A DNA stretch of 64,000 nucleotides from Bdellovibrionales bacterium (GTDB lineage: Bacteria > Bdellovibrionota > UBA1018 > CAIMNF01), in the NCBI GenBank assembly GCA_040380025.1, contig JBEIJY010000002.1, positions 73,660 to 137,659 on the forward strand. The letters are read 5' to 3'. The notes under the pieces were generated by a model. That model ran no database searches, had not been told where the DNA came from, and saw only the letters and a program-made list of their open reading frames with translations. Below, piece after piece: positions 28,463-38,394 of this stretch. Every line of letters begins with the position of its first letter. The first letter of the stretch is position 1. The translations under genes were made by a program, and so were the position numbers.

Positions 28463-29608
28463 ATGATCAGTTTTGAACTTTCCGACGAACAGAAGCAACT
28501 CCAGGAACTGGCCCGCAAATTCGCGAAAGACGCGATGATCCCGGCCGCGGAACATCACGATCATACCGGCGAGTTCCCGTTCGAGGTGACCAATAAAGCG
28601 TGGGAGCTCGGCCTCATGAACACCCACATTCCGCAAGAATACGGCGGTCTCGGGCTGAGCGTTCTGGATGGCATCATCATCACCGAAGAACTGGCATATG
28701 GATGCACCGGAATCGCGACCGCCATGGAGGCGAACGCTCTCGCATCGGCCCCTGTGATTGTCGCCGGGAATGACGAGCAAAAGAAACAATTCCTCGGAGC
28801 CCTCACCGCCGAACCCAAGTATGCCGCTTATTGTGTGACCGAGCCCGGAGCGGGATCGGACGTGGCGGGGATCACCACCACGGCAAAAAAAGTCGGCGAT
28901 GAGTATGTGATCAATGGCGCGAAGATGTGGATCACGAACGCGAGTGTGGCGAGCTGGTACTTCGTGCTCGCGTACACCGACCCCTCGCTGAAGCACAAGG
29001 GGATGTCGGGGTTTTTGGTTCCCCGCGACACCAAGGGCATCGTGGTCGGGCGCAAAGAAGACAATCTCGGCCAGCGCGCATCGGATACTCGCGGGATCAC
29101 CTTCGAAGAAGTGCGAATTCCGGTGAAATACCGCCTTGGCAACGAGGGTGATGGCTTCCGGATCGCGATGAGTGCATTCGATCATACCCGTCCGGTGGTG
29201 GCGGCCGGAGCAGTGGGACTGGCCCGCCGGGCGATGGACGAGGCGATTCAGTACGCAAGCACCCGAAAAACCTTCGGGACTCCGATTGCGGGGTATCAGG
29301 CGATCAGCTTCATGATCGCCGACATGGCAAAAGACATCGAGGCCGCGCGATATTTGGTCTGGCGCGCAGGCTGGGAGATCGACCAAGGCCGGAGGAATAC
29401 CAAGTTCGCGGCCTTCGCGAAATCCTTCGCGGCCGACATGGCCATGCGGGTAGCGACCGATGCCGTGCAGGTCTTCGGCGGATACGGGTATTCCAAGGAA
29501 TATCCGGTCGAGAAGCTCATGCGCGATGCGAAGATCTATCAGATCTACGAAGGAACCTCGCAGATCCAGCGCCTGATCATCGCAAAAGAGATCTTCGATC
29601 GCAAATAG
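28463..29608 (+). CDS. acyl-CoA dehydrogenase (short/branched-chain type)
   Basis: ACAD N, middle ([10 protein letters not shown]) and C-terminal domains with catalytic Glu (YEGTSQIQ). Confidence 0.9.
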   Translation: MISFELSDEQKQLQELARKFAKDAMIPAAEHHDHTGEFPFEVTNKAWELGLMNTHIPQEYGGLGLSVLDGIIITEELAYGCTGIATAMEANALASAPVIVAGNDEQKKQFLGALTAEPKYAAYCVTEPGAGSDVAGITTTAKKVGDEYVINGAKMWITNASVASWYFVLAYTDPSLKHKGMSGFLVPRDTKGIVVGRKEDNLGQRASDTRGITFEEVRIPVKYRLGNEGDGFRIAMSAFDHTRPVVAAGAVGLARRAMDEAIQYASTRKTFGTPIAGYQAISFMIADMAKDIEAARYLVWRAGWEIDQGRRNTKFAAFAKSFAADMAMRVATDAVQVFGGYGYSKEYPVEKLMRDAKIYQIYEGTSQIQRLIIAKEIFDRK

Positions 29609-29613
29609 CGCGA

Positions 29614-30426
29614 TCAGTGCGGATTTCTAAGATACTCCTGCATTCCATTGAGCATCTGCGAACACCCGTAACCGTCGATGTGCCGGTGATCAATCGTGAC
29701 CGAGACGGGAAGCATCGGTTTAATGATGATCTTCCCGTTCTCGACCACGGGTTTGTCTGAGATCTTCCCGATCGCCATGACCATCGGGCACCGCGAGTAG
29801 GGGACCAGCGGGGCGAATCCGTATTCAAGGCCCATCCCTCCGACCGAGGTGAGCATGACCGATCCGAAGGGGTCCCGCGGGGTTCCGAGGAGCGGGCTCC
29901 AAAGGTTCAGGTCGTGGTTCAAAAACGAGACCAAGTCGAGCACCTTCGCGATCACCCACGAGGGCACGAACTTCAGATTCTTTTTGATTTTCTGGAACTC
30001 CGGATCGCGATGGGTGCGGATCGCCTTCGCCTTTTCATGGAGTTCGTCCATGATCGCCTCGAGGGATTTTTGGTTCGTGTTCCGGATGATCGCGCCCGAG
30101 AGGTTTTCTTCGCCGTCCTCGACCGCCGAGACCTGCAAGAAGGTGTCGATGGTTTCGCGCTCGTAGAGGCGGCCCCAGCGCAGAACCGAATTGAACGAGG
30201 GGCACCGCTCGATTCCGTGGGCGATCGCCTTTGCCATGATCACGGTCGGAGTCAGGCGGATGCCCCGCTGTTTGGATTCCTCGATTTTTTCGAGAATCGG
30301 TCCCGCGTCGATGTCAATGAACCCGTACACCGATGGGTCCTTGGTTGTGGACCAGGTTCCGATGGCGACCTTCCGCCAGACATTCATTTTGACCGCGCCT
30401 TTGAAGCCGATGTTCTGTTTGATCAT
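29614..30426 (-). CDS. 2-oxoacid dehydrogenase E2-type acyltransferase catalytic domain protein, no lipoyl domain
   Basis: C-terminal DHRHIDGYGCSQ catalytic His/Asp motif. The plausible start is MIKQNIGF at 30426. Upstream, the 633-aa track ORF is antisense to a genuine plus-strand gene. Confidence 0.6.
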   Translation of the reverse strand: MIKQNIGFKGAVKMNVWRKVAIGTWSTTKDPSVYGFIDIDAGPILEKIEESKQRGIRLTPTVIMAKAIAHGIERCPSFNSVLRWGRLYERETIDTFLQVSAVEDGEENLSGAIIRNTNQKSLEAIMDELHEKAKAIRTHRDPEFQKIKKNLKFVPSWVIAKVLDLVSFLNHDLNLWSPLLGTPRDPFGSVMLTSVGGMGLEYGFAPLVPYSRCPMVMAIGKISDKPVVENGKIIIKPMLPVSVTIDHRHIDGYGCSQMLNGMQEYLRNPH

Positions 30427-30576
30427 GGTCAGATGGTAAACAAAAACCCGTCTTCGTGCGAGATCCGGCTTTTGGAACGCCGATTTCTTGCCCCTCTTGA
30501 CGCCGCTCCTTGATTTCTCGCTCCCCTGTTCGTAGTTTGCCTCGCGCGGGACGGATGGAAGGTACGGGGTGAGTGA

Positions 30577-31455
30577 ATGGTTCCACGGTTCGGTCGGGGA
30601 TTGAGGGTCACGGTTCTGTTTTTGGTTCTGGTGTCGCTTCAGTCCTGCAAAAAGGACGCATGGTTCGGGCAGGGGTTCGATACGATGGTGATCCGGTGCC
30701 GGAAGGGAGCACACCCATGCTCGGGGATTGCAAATGTTCTTTTTTCTGGAAAAAAAGTAGCCCGTGCTTTTGAGTTCCAAGAAGGGACGCTGTATCAGGA
30801 AGCCTGGGGGGATTCCTACAGCCAGGTGAACAAGCTCTTCGGCGCCACTGATTGTGGCGATGTGCTCGATCCGCGCAACAATAGCGCCATGGTGGGCTTT
30901 CGGCATTTGGCCGGAACCGATCAGATCGAGATTCTGGGGTACGTCCATCGTGAGGATGCCTACCGGAACGGATACAACTTCCGGCATACGAATCTTTGGG
31001 TGGTGCCGCGGGGAACGCGGGTCGCCCTTGAGATCTCGACAGCAGGACCGTATTACCGGTTCACGGCGAACGGTGATACCGATTTGCTGATGAAGCGATT
31101 CTGCAATCGTCCGAATTTTCAGGGCCGCATGATCGGAACCTGGTTCGGGGGACAGCGACCCGCTCCGCAGGCGATGCGGATTCAACACGAACCGGGAGTG
31201 ACAATCGAGTCGGTCTTTCCGAAAACGCTTCGAATCATGGACCAGGATAACCTGTGCTCGAAGGGACTGGATCCGCTTGAATATCTGGTTCAGCACGAAT
31301 CGGGAATCTACTCGGCGTATGAGTCCGAGTGCGGGGCGGGGAACCTCGAAGTGCAGTATCTGGGCTGTGATGCGAAGATGAACGGAACTCCCGGGGCAGA
31401 AACCAGTGTCGATTCGGAGCGGGGGTTCCGCTACCGGATCAGCTGCGGATCCTGA
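30577..31455 (+). CDS. hypothetical lipoprotein (292 aa)
   Basis: Lipobox LVSLQSC and GGTGAG RBS. Protein-like composition, whereas the antisense frame is Arg-rich junk. Confidence 0.6.
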   Translation: MVPRFGRGLRVTVLFLVLVSLQSCKKDAWFGQGFDTMVIRCRKGAHPCSGIANVLFSGKKVARAFEFQEGTLYQEAWGDSYSQVNKLFGATDCGDVLDPRNNSAMVGFRHLAGTDQIEILGYVHREDAYRNGYNFRHTNLWVVPRGTRVALEISTAGPYYRFTANGDTDLLMKRFCNRPNFQGRMIGTWFGGQRPAPQAMRIQHEPGVTIESVFPKTLRIMDQDNLCSKGLDPLEYLVQHESGIYSAYESECGAGNLEVQYLGCDAKMNGTPGAETSVDSERGFRYRISCGS

Positions 31456-31465
31456 TCCCCGAGAC

Positions 31466-32332
31466 TCAGCGGCCCTCGTCCTCGAGCGCCGCTTTGATTC
31501 GAAGATAGCTTTCAAATCGCGGCAGATGCGAGTACTCCTGCCGCTTGACCTGAAGCTCGTACATCTCGGGAAAGTATTGAATCAGCGTTTTCGGATCGAC
31601 CCCGATCAGGCCGAACTCCTTGATGCCGGGAGTATCGATGAACCGGGTTCCTTCGCCGGCCGGAATCATCTTCGAGACCGTGGTCGTGTGCTTGCCTTTG
31701 CCGGTGGCTCCGCTCACTACTCCCACCTTGCCCACGGCTTCTCCGAAGAGCTCCGAGAGGAGCGAGGTTTTTCCCACACCCGAGTGCCCGCAGAAGACTG
31801 AGGTCTTGCCCCGAAGGGCGTTTCTGAGTTCCTCGATTCCCGATTTTTCTCGGGTCGAGACCGGAAAACACTGGTAGCCCAAGTCTGAATAGAGCTTCCA
31901 CGGAGACTCCTCTCCCGAGCGCAGATCCATTTTGTTGATCACGATCAGAGGGATGATTCCCGCCGCAGAGGTCGAGATCAAAAAGCGATCGACCAGCCCG
32001 GGTGAGAAATCCGGCTCATGGAGCGAGGTCGTGATGACCACGTAATCCAGATTGGCCGCGATCGTGTGCATGATCTTGCCTTCACGCCCCGGGGCTTTTC
32101 TGGAGATCGAATTTTTTCTGGGAATCACTTCTTCGATGACGCCGTCGCTTCCGCCAAAGGTTTTGATTCGGACCCGGTCGCCAGGCGCCACCGGAGACCG
32201 CTCGCGCCACTCGGCATCCCGATCGACGATCTGCCCGCGCCGGTAGGTGCACAGGATCCGTTTCGATTCGTCCGAATCGGGAATGACGTTCGCCATTTTG
32301 GGGAACACCTCGCTGATGACGCCTTCAACCAT
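31466..32332 (-). CDS. rsgA: ribosome small-subunit-dependent GTPase A (circularly permuted), lacking C-terminal zinc finger
   Basis: N-terminal OB fold, G4-G1-G3 order (NKMDL ... GHSGVGKTSLL ... DTPG). No Cys cluster at the C-terminus. Confidence 0.8.
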   Translation of the reverse strand: MVEGVISEVFPKMANVIPDSDESKRILCTYRRGQIVDRDAEWRERSPVAPGDRVRIKTFGGSDGVIEEVIPRKNSISRKAPGREGKIMHTIAANLDYVVITTSLHEPDFSPGLVDRFLISTSAAGIIPLIVINKMDLRSGEESPWKLYSDLGYQCFPVSTREKSGIEELRNALRGKTSVFCGHSGVGKTSLLSELFGEAVGKVGVVSGATGKGKHTTTVSKMIPAGEGTRFIDTPGIKEFGLIGVDPKTLIQYFPEMYELQVKRQEYSHLPRFESYLRIKAALEDEGR

Positions 32333-32410
32333 TCATTGATTCCTCTGCACGAGGCGAACAGTACGAAATTCCCGTGACTCCGTCAAAGAGATGCTCCAGA
32401 ATCAGAAAAA

Positions 32411-33151
32411 ATGAAGGCATCCGGATCTTTTCGTCTTCTTACGATGTTCATGATCGGGTTTCCGGTCATTTATCCGCTCGGTGCAGCGCTGGTGTTCCAG
32501 CTTCCGCTGAAGGGTCTGGGCGCGATCGTCCTGTCTCCTCTTTTTTATCTTGCCACTGCGCTTTGGATTGCAACCGGCACCGGGCTTCAGTCCTTCCGGC
32601 ACTGGGCTTGGTATACCTTTTTGGTCGCACAGGGGATTGTGGCCTGGTTCAATGCCCAGATTGTTCTCAATTACAGTGAGTCTCCGATCAAGGGGTACTC
32701 ATTCTTTCTGGTGTTTGCGCTTCAGTTCCTGTTCATCCGGTTCGTCTCGCGCGAGGTGCGGGTGCCTTATTTGTTCCCGAGAATCCACTGGTGGAAGAGC
32801 GGAATCGAGGCGATCCGCTCGCTCGAGGTCCAGTTCACGGTCATGAGAGAGTCTGAAATCCCGCTGAGCGGGCAGGTCCTCGATTTGAGCCCCCGGGGGT
32901 GTTTCATGAAAACCCCGCTTGAGTTCGGGGCGGGTGAGCAGGTTTCCATGCAGTTGAACGCCTACGGGCAGGATCTGGTCGTCAAGGGAGAGATTGTCTG
33001 GATCGCACCCAGTACCGTGACCCATCCGCGCGGGATCGGGATCCGGTTCGAGGAGTTGGATCGGCAGACGAGGCGAAAAATCCGCACGATGGCGCGGTCG
33101 TTTGATCAAGAAAAGGAGCGTTCCGGTGGAACTTCAGTCTTACCTTCGTGA
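32411..33151 (+). CDS. membrane protein with C-terminal PilZ (c-di-GMP-binding) domain
   Basis: Four N-terminal TM helices. The C-terminal beta-barrel has DLSPRG (DxSxGG-like) and an RxxxR-like segment. Confidence 0.65.
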   Translation: MKASGSFRLLTMFMIGFPVIYPLGAALVFQLPLKGLGAIVLSPLFYLATALWIATGTGLQSFRHWAWYTFLVAQGIVAWFNAQIVLNYSESPIKGYSFFLVFALQFLFIRFVSREVRVPYLFPRIHWWKSGIEAIRSLEVQFTVMRESEIPLSGQVLDLSPRGCFMKTPLEFGAGEQVSMQLNAYGQDLVVKGEIVWIAPSTVTHPRGIGIRFEELDRQTRRKIRTMARSFDQEKERSGGTSVLPS

Positions 33152-33593
33152 GGCGCTGAAACAGGCCGAAAAGGCGGGTGCCATCGAGGAAGTGCCCGTC
33201 GGCGCCGTGATCGTCCATGAGGGCAAGGTCATTGGAACCGGGTTCAATACCCGTGAAACCACGCAAGATCCGCTCGGGCATGCCGAGATCAACGCCATCC
33301 GCGTGGCCGCAAGCGCCTTGGGTTCGTGGAGGCTGCTCGATTGCGATTTGTATGTGACGCTCGAGCCTTGTCCGCTTTGTCTTTCGGCCTGCCAGCAGGC
33401 CAGGATCCGAAAGGTCGTGTACGGAGCAAAGGACGAAAAAGGCGGAGCGATTTGCCTTGGGTTTCATGTTCATGATCATCCCAAGCTGAATCACCGGTTC
33501 GAGGTGATCCATTCCCCGATGGAGGAGTGCTCGAAGATCCTGAAGGACTTCTTCGCACGCCGCCGGACCGAGAAGAAGTCCACCCGTTCCTGA
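33126..33593 (+). CDS. tadA: tRNA-specific adenosine deaminase
   Basis: HAEINAIR and TLEPCPLC zinc motifs. GTG 33126 is preceded by AAGGAG. The track start (TTG 33102) lies inside the PilZ gene. Confidence 0.8.
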   Translation: MELQSYLREALKQAEKAGAIEEVPVGAVIVHEGKVIGTGFNTRETTQDPLGHAEINAIRVAASALGSWRLLDCDLYVTLEPCPLCLSACQQARIRKVVYGAKDEKGGAICLGFHVHDHPKLNHRFEVIHSPMEECSKILKDFFARRRTEKKSTRS

Positions 33594-33651
33594 TCAAAAA
33601 CAATCATTCTGCGCGTGCAAAGAGCCCTCGGGTTCATGCTAGGCTCCCCCC

Positions 33652-34947
33652 ATGGACGGTACGTTTCTCGATCGGGTGTTTCGCGTTTTGACCAGCCGAA
33701 GAATGGCCACGGTTCTTCTGCTCGGATTCTCCTCGGGCCTTCCCTTGGGTCTCACCGGCAGTACGCTTCAGGCGTGGATGACCCACGAGGGGGTCAATCT
33801 CAGGACTATCGGAATCTTCGCTCTGGTTGGCCTTCCTTACACGATCAAGTTTCTTTGGTCGCCCTTCATGGACCGCTATGTTCCGCCCTTGTTCGGTCGA
33901 CGACGCGGTTGGCTTCTGCTCACTCAGCTCCTCCTCGTGGCCTCCATCGCGGGCATGGCAGTGACCGATCCCAAGGAGCAATCGATGATCATGGCGACCA
34001 TCGCTTTTTTGGTCGCGTTCTTTAGTGCAAGTCAGGACATCGTGGTCGATGCGTATCGGACCGATGCCCTGGCCCCCGAAGAATACGGATTGGGGTCGGG
34101 AGCCTATGTGCTGGGCTATCGGCTTGCGATGCTGATGAGCGGGGCGGTCGCGCTCATTCTTGCCGATCAGATGCCGTGGAAGCAGGTGTATCTCGTCATG
34201 GCTCTTTGCATGGGGGTCGGAATCCTGACCACGCTTTTTTTGGCGCCCGAGCCCGAAACCAAAGAGCCGCCTCCTCATAATCTTCGCGAGGCGATCGTCG
34301 ATCCCTTGGTTGATTTTTTTTCGCGCCGGGGGTCGTTCGAGATCCTCGGATTCATTATTCTCTACAAGCTCGATGTCGTGGTCGCGCTTGCGCTTAGTAC
34401 GACGTTTCTTTTGCAGGTCGGGTTCTCGAACACGGATATCGGGGCCGTGAACAAGGGAGTCGGGCTCGTGGCCACCATTGTGGGGACTCTTTCGGGTGGA
34501 GCGTTGATGACGGCGCTCGGAATGAAGCGCTCTCTATGGATTTTTGGGATTTTGCAGGGGGCGGGGAATGGATTGTTCGTGGCCCTTGCCCACTTTGGCA
34601 AAGTGTACCCGCTCATGGTGGGAGCGGTTGCGCTCGAGAATCTCTTCAGCGGCATGGGGAATGCCGCTTACGCCGCTTTCATGATGAGCCTTTGCAATAA
34701 GAAGTTCTCGGCGACCCAATATGCGCTTTTGACGAGCCTGATGGCCCTGACCCGGGTTCTTGCGGGATCGGCGAGCGGATTCCTGGCTGAGCGCCTGGGG
34801 TGGGAGCATTACTTCATGGTCGCGATCAGCCTCATGATTCCGGGGCTTTTGCTGCTAACCCGCTATGATCATTGGGCAACGCTTCGCGAAAAAGCGCTCG
34901 ATGAGGGAGCCAATCCCGAAAAATGGGAGGTTGCTAAAAACCGCTAA
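33652..34947 (+). CDS. ampG: AmpG-family MFS permease (muropeptide transporter-like)
   Basis: Twelve predicted TM helices. The N-terminal motif region LLGFSSGLPLGLTGSTLQAW is typical of AmpG. Confidence 0.75.
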   Translation: MDGTFLDRVFRVLTSRRMATVLLLGFSSGLPLGLTGSTLQAWMTHEGVNLRTIGIFALVGLPYTIKFLWSPFMDRYVPPLFGRRRGWLLLTQLLLVASIAGMAVTDPKEQSMIMATIAFLVAFFSASQDIVVDAYRTDALAPEEYGLGSGAYVLGYRLAMLMSGAVALILADQMPWKQVYLVMALCMGVGILTTLFLAPEPETKEPPPHNLREAIVDPLVDFFSRRGSFEILGFIILYKLDVVVALALSTTFLLQVGFSNTDIGAVNKGVGLVATIVGTLSGGALMTALGMKRSLWIFGILQGAGNGLFVALAHFGKVYPLMVGAVALENLFSGMGNAAYAAFMMSLCNKKFSATQYALLTSLMALTRVLAGSASGFLAERLGWEHYFMVAISLMIPGLLLLTRYDHWATLREKALDEGANPEKWEVAKNR

Positions 34948-34980
34948 ATTTTATCGGGTATTGGTCCGAACAGAGGAGGT

Positions 34981-35532
34981 ATGGTCGGACCCAAGGCAAA
35001 TCTCCTTCGGAGAATCGGATCGAGCCTCGTCGACGGAGCCCTGGAGCTCACGGGGGGGCTCTTGGGTTCGTACCTCGGAGCCATGGTCGCGGCGCTCGTG
35101 ACAGTCATGCACGAGGAGGCCGCCGCCGAGACCATGCAAAGCTCGATGAAGAGCGGTTTCGGGATCGGTTTTGCATTCTGGGCGCTCTCGATTTCATTCT
35201 TGAATCGGGTGCTGATCCAAGGCATCTCGCGCGCCTCCATCGGCAAAAAACTCTTTCATCTCGAGCTGGTTTCGGCCCGCGATTCGATGACCTGGGGACG
35301 GGTAACGGGACGCTGGGTGCTCTCGGTCGGATCGCTCGTCGTGCTCGGGGCCGGCTACTGGTTCATGCTCTTGAACCGCGAACGGCGCACCCTCCATGAT
35401 TTGGTCGCAGGCACGGATGTGGTGCCCGCCTCGGGGGGCGCAGGCGCCGATTCCGCCCCCCTTGCCCCTGTGATCGAGCTGCGCCCGAAAGCGGTCACAG
35501 ACGAAAACAAAGACGAGAAAAAATCAGCCTAA
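34981..35532 (+). CDS. RDD-family membrane protein
   Basis: Arg...Asp...Asp pattern (RRIGSSLVDG ... RRTLHDLVAGT) with two or three TM helices. Confidence 0.65.
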   Translation: MVGPKANLLRRIGSSLVDGALELTGGLLGSYLGAMVAALVTVMHEEAAAETMQSSMKSGFGIGFAFWALSISFLNRVLIQGISRASIGKKLFHLELVSARDSMTWGRVTGRWVLSVGSLVVLGAGYWFMLLNRERRTLHDLVAGTDVVPASGGAGADSAPLAPVIELRPKAVTDENKDEKKSA

Positions 35533-35840
35533 TTGCCCGTCACGATCGTGCACATTTTTCCGTACACGCCGAGGATGCTCTTGTACTGATGATCGACCGA
35601 GCTGATCTCGGTGATCGCTCCGTTCTTCATGGCCGCCGAAAGAGACGCATCTCCCGAGGTAACCAGACCCACATAGTTTTGCGTGCAAGCCATGCCCCGT
35701 TTGCGGCCCGGCGGATTGGTGGTGACCATCACGCCCTCGATGTGGTCGGTCAGGATGAGTCCGGGGGCGGTCGAGGAGCGCGGAGTCGCGCAGGCCGAGA
35801 GAAGAATCACAGGAAGAATCCAAAGAAATCGCATGCTCAT
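35529..35840 (-). CDS. small lipoprotein (TRL-like domain)
   Basis: Lipobox LLSACATP. The C-terminal region GLVTSGDASLSAAMKNGAITEISSVDHQYKSILGVYGKMCTIVTG is TRL-like. Confidence 0.55.
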   Translation of the reverse strand: MSMRFLWILPVILLSACATPRSSTAPGLILTDHIEGVMVTTNPPGRKRGMACTQNYVGLVTSGDASLSAAMKNGAITEISSVDHQYKSILGVYGKMCTIVTGN

Positions 35841-35958
35841 GCCCTCATTGGAGCAGAAAACATACCCTGCGACAAGCGATGCAAACTGCCCCCTTCATCG
35901 AGCACAATCAAAGGGGGCAGTTTTCAAGCCGTGGGGGGATGTGATAAATCGACCGAAG

Positions 35959-37008
35959 ATGCACGAGACGATTCTCATAACTGGAGCGGCCGGATACATC
36001 GGTTCTCATTTCGCCGAGGCCCTGATCGCAGCTCCGGAATGGACCCGAAAAAATCCGAAGCTCGTTTTTTTGGATGACCTGAGCTCGGGGCATCTGGAGT
36101 TTCTGCAAGAGCTGTCGGCCCTCGCCGTCGGTGCCGGAATGACGGAACCCGTCTTTGAGCGCGTCTCTCTTCAGGATGCCGAGGGGGTGCGGACAGCCCT
36201 GCTTCGTCATCGTCCCGCTGCGGTCGTGCATTTCGCCGCGAAGATCTCGGTCGCAGAATCGGTGCAAAATCCGGATCTTTATTTTTTGAACAACGTCGAG
36301 GGGTCAAAGAACCTGCTCTCGGCCATGCGGGAATCGAATTGCAAGAGGATGATTTTTTCGAGTACGGCTGCGGTGTACGGCGCGGTTGAAGATCCGGTCC
36401 GGGCAACCGGTCCCTTGTCCGAGGAAACCTCCCTCGCTCCGATCAATCCCTACGGCGAGACCAAGCTCAAAATGGAGCAAGAGATCGCCCGCGCCGGGGC
36501 GGAGTGGGGGCTTCGCAGTGTGGTCTTTCGGTACTTCAATGCGGCCGGCGCATCGGCCTCGGGACGTTTCGGAGAATGGCATGAGCCTGAGACGCATTTG
36601 ATCCCGCTTCTTTTGCGCTCCATCGAATCGGGCAAGGCCCTCTCGGTTTTTGGGAATGATTATCCGACCCGCGATGGAACCTGCATCCGGGATTACATTC
36701 ATGTGTCGGATCTGGCGAGCGCGCACCTTCTCGGGCTCATGCGGCTTTTGGTCGAGGAAGCCTTTGCGGGCGGAACGTTCAACCTGGGCACCGAGACGGG
36801 CACCTCGGTACTTGAGGTAATTCATGCGGCCGAGCAGATCACCAAAAAGCGCGTGCCCTACGAGCTCAAAGACCGCCGAGCAGGTGACTCACCCGTGCTC
36901 GTCGCGGACTCCTCGCGGGCCCGCAAGGTTTTGGGATGGGTCCCCGTGCATTCCGGCATCGACATGATTGTTCGAACCGCATGGGACTGGGAGCAGAGAA
37001 AGAGTTGA
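35959..37008 (+). CDS. galE: UDP-glucose 4-epimerase
   Basis: ITGAAGYIGSH Rossmann motif, YFNAAGA, and catalytic YxxxK region. ATG 35959 is preferred over the longer track start, which runs antisense through the lipoprotein gene. Confidence 0.85.
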   Translation: MHETILITGAAGYIGSHFAEALIAAPEWTRKNPKLVFLDDLSSGHLEFLQELSALAVGAGMTEPVFERVSLQDAEGVRTALLRHRPAAVVHFAAKISVAESVQNPDLYFLNNVEGSKNLLSAMRESNCKRMIFSSTAAVYGAVEDPVRATGPLSEETSLAPINPYGETKLKMEQEIARAGAEWGLRSVVFRYFNAAGASASGRFGEWHEPETHLIPLLLRSIESGKALSVFGNDYPTRDGTCIRDYIHVSDLASAHLLGLMRLLVEEAFAGGTFNLGTETGTSVLEVIHAAEQITKKRVPYELKDRRAGDSPVLVADSSRARKVLGWVPVHSGIDMIVRTAWDWEQRKS

Positions 37009-37011
37009 TTC

Positions 37012-37410
37012 CTATTTCGATGCTTTGAATGCGTCCGCAAGGATCTGGTTTGCCTTCGGGCCGCATTCCTGGATTTCTTGATAGGGAACCGTGCTTCCGT
37101 CGGCTTGATATTGAATGTCTTTGATCACCCGGGCGAATTTGGTTCCGCTTGGAACCAATGCCTGGATGACGTCCGACGCAAAGTATCCGATGGTGTCTAC
37201 GTCAATTCCCGTCCGAAGTTGCTTTCCGATCGATTCCTTCGAACCAACCACGATCACGGGATCGGTCGAGTGGCTCGGATTGCGGATTTCGATCTCGGAA
37301 CCTCCGTTCACCAGAGAAATCTGAAAGGGTCCGCAAAGCGAATCTTCAGAAGTCTGGGCGTGGGAGGGAGTCTGAACCAGGGCAAGAGACAGAAGAAATG
37401 CGGTAATCAT
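37012..37410 (-). CDS. small secreted hypothetical protein (132 aa)
   Basis: Signal peptide MITAFLLSLALVQTPSHA. Convergent with galE. Confidence 0.5.
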   Translation of the reverse strand: MITAFLLSLALVQTPSHAQTSEDSLCGPFQISLVNGGSEIEIRNPSHSTDPVIVVGSKESIGKQLRTGIDVDTIGYFASDVIQALVPSGTKFARVIKDIQYQADGSTVPYQEIQECGPKANQILADAFKASK

Positions 37411-37504
37411 GAGCAGATTTGTACACTACTGCTTGCAGGCTGTCGAGAAAAACTGACACAATGCAAAATCCTGACAAACACTCGCTGGACTCAGAGCTTC
37501 AAGA

Positions 37505-37705
37505 AAATTGAGCCCTTTGAGAGTTCCTGATCAGTACGGTGTTTCGGGAAAGGGGCTGGGGAACAAAAAAGTTTTGCCGAAACACGCGAGCCACGAAGGC
37601 GAAAGCGAGGCCGGAGGACCCGGCTCGGAGGCAAAAACCTTTTTGTTTCCCAGCCCCTTTCCCAAACCACGGTACTGGGTCAAGCACACTCAAAGGGCTC
37701 AGTTT
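37505..37705. repeat. about 200-bp imperfect palindromic element, copy 1 (39-nt conserved core at 37598..37636, reverse orientation)
   Basis: Nested inverted repeats: TTGAGCCCTTTGAGAG with CACTCAAAGGGCTCAG, and GGGAAAGGGGCTGGG with CCCAGCCCCTTTCCC, plus others. The core GGCGAAAGCGAGGCCGGAGGACCCGGCTCGGAGGCAAAA is the exact reverse complement of 40901..40939. Confidence 0.8.
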
Positions 37706-37802
37706 TCGCTTCACGCGGGGGATCTACTTCATTTGGAGAGCATTTTCGTTGCAATTCGGGTGGGTTTTTTCTATTGTGCGCCGCAGAACGGTGAGGAGTT
37801 TT

Positions 37803-38360
37803 ATGAAAAATCCATTTTTTTCGTTGGCGTTGATCGGAATCGTAGCCCTTTCTCAGTCGGGAGCGGCCTTGGCCGATCCACAGGACCGCGAAAACCGGGC
37901 GCGAATCACTCTGAAGGTGATCGAAACCGACGCCGAAGGGCACACCCGTACTCATAAAATCGGAAAGCGTTCCAAGGTTCTGTTTTCGAAGACCCCGAAG
38001 GGAACCGTTCGATTGGCGGTTGACCCCGCGTGGGGCCTGACGGTGTTGGATCGGGTCGAGCCTGATTTCCAGCCCGGTGCATGGTCGATCAAGGGGCATC
38101 TTCCGCAATTGGTCATTGCCAAGCTGATCGAGCAGTCCTGCGACGTGGAGTGCCAGAGCGAGTATCTCTCCGTTCAGAATAAAATCGCCGAGCTGAAGGC
38201 AAGCACCGGATTTTCGGATTACTTTTATGCCGGAGCATTCGAGGTTTCGGGCCCGACCATGGGCTATCTCGACGATTCCAGCGAATTCGAGCTGAAGTAT
38301 CGGCTTTCAGAAGGAACCGAGCTCGTGGTCCGCGTGGACCTTCGTCGCTGGTGGCGCTAA
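37803..38360 (+). CDS. secreted hypothetical protein (185 aa)
   Basis: GGTGAGGAG RBS, ATG 37803 and signal peptide MKNPFFSLALIGIVALSQSGAALA. The longer track ORF starts inside the palindromic element. Confidence 0.55.
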   Translation: MKNPFFSLALIGIVALSQSGAALADPQDRENRARITLKVIETDAEGHTRTHKIGKRSKVLFSKTPKGTVRLAVDPAWGLTVLDRVEPDFQPGAWSIKGHLPQLVIAKLIEQSCDVECQSEYLSVQNKIAELKASTGFSDYFYAGAFEVSGPTMGYLDDSSEFELKYRLSEGTELVVRVDLRRWWR

Positions 38361-38394
38361 CCGCTCAAACCGGGCGGATTCGAACCATTCCACC

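Noticed and set aside
30427-31515. N-terminal two thirds of the 633-aa minus-strand ORF
   Set aside because: This portion is antisense to the plus-strand lipoprotein gene and Arg-rich junk. Only the C-terminal E2-domain part (29614..30426) is credible.
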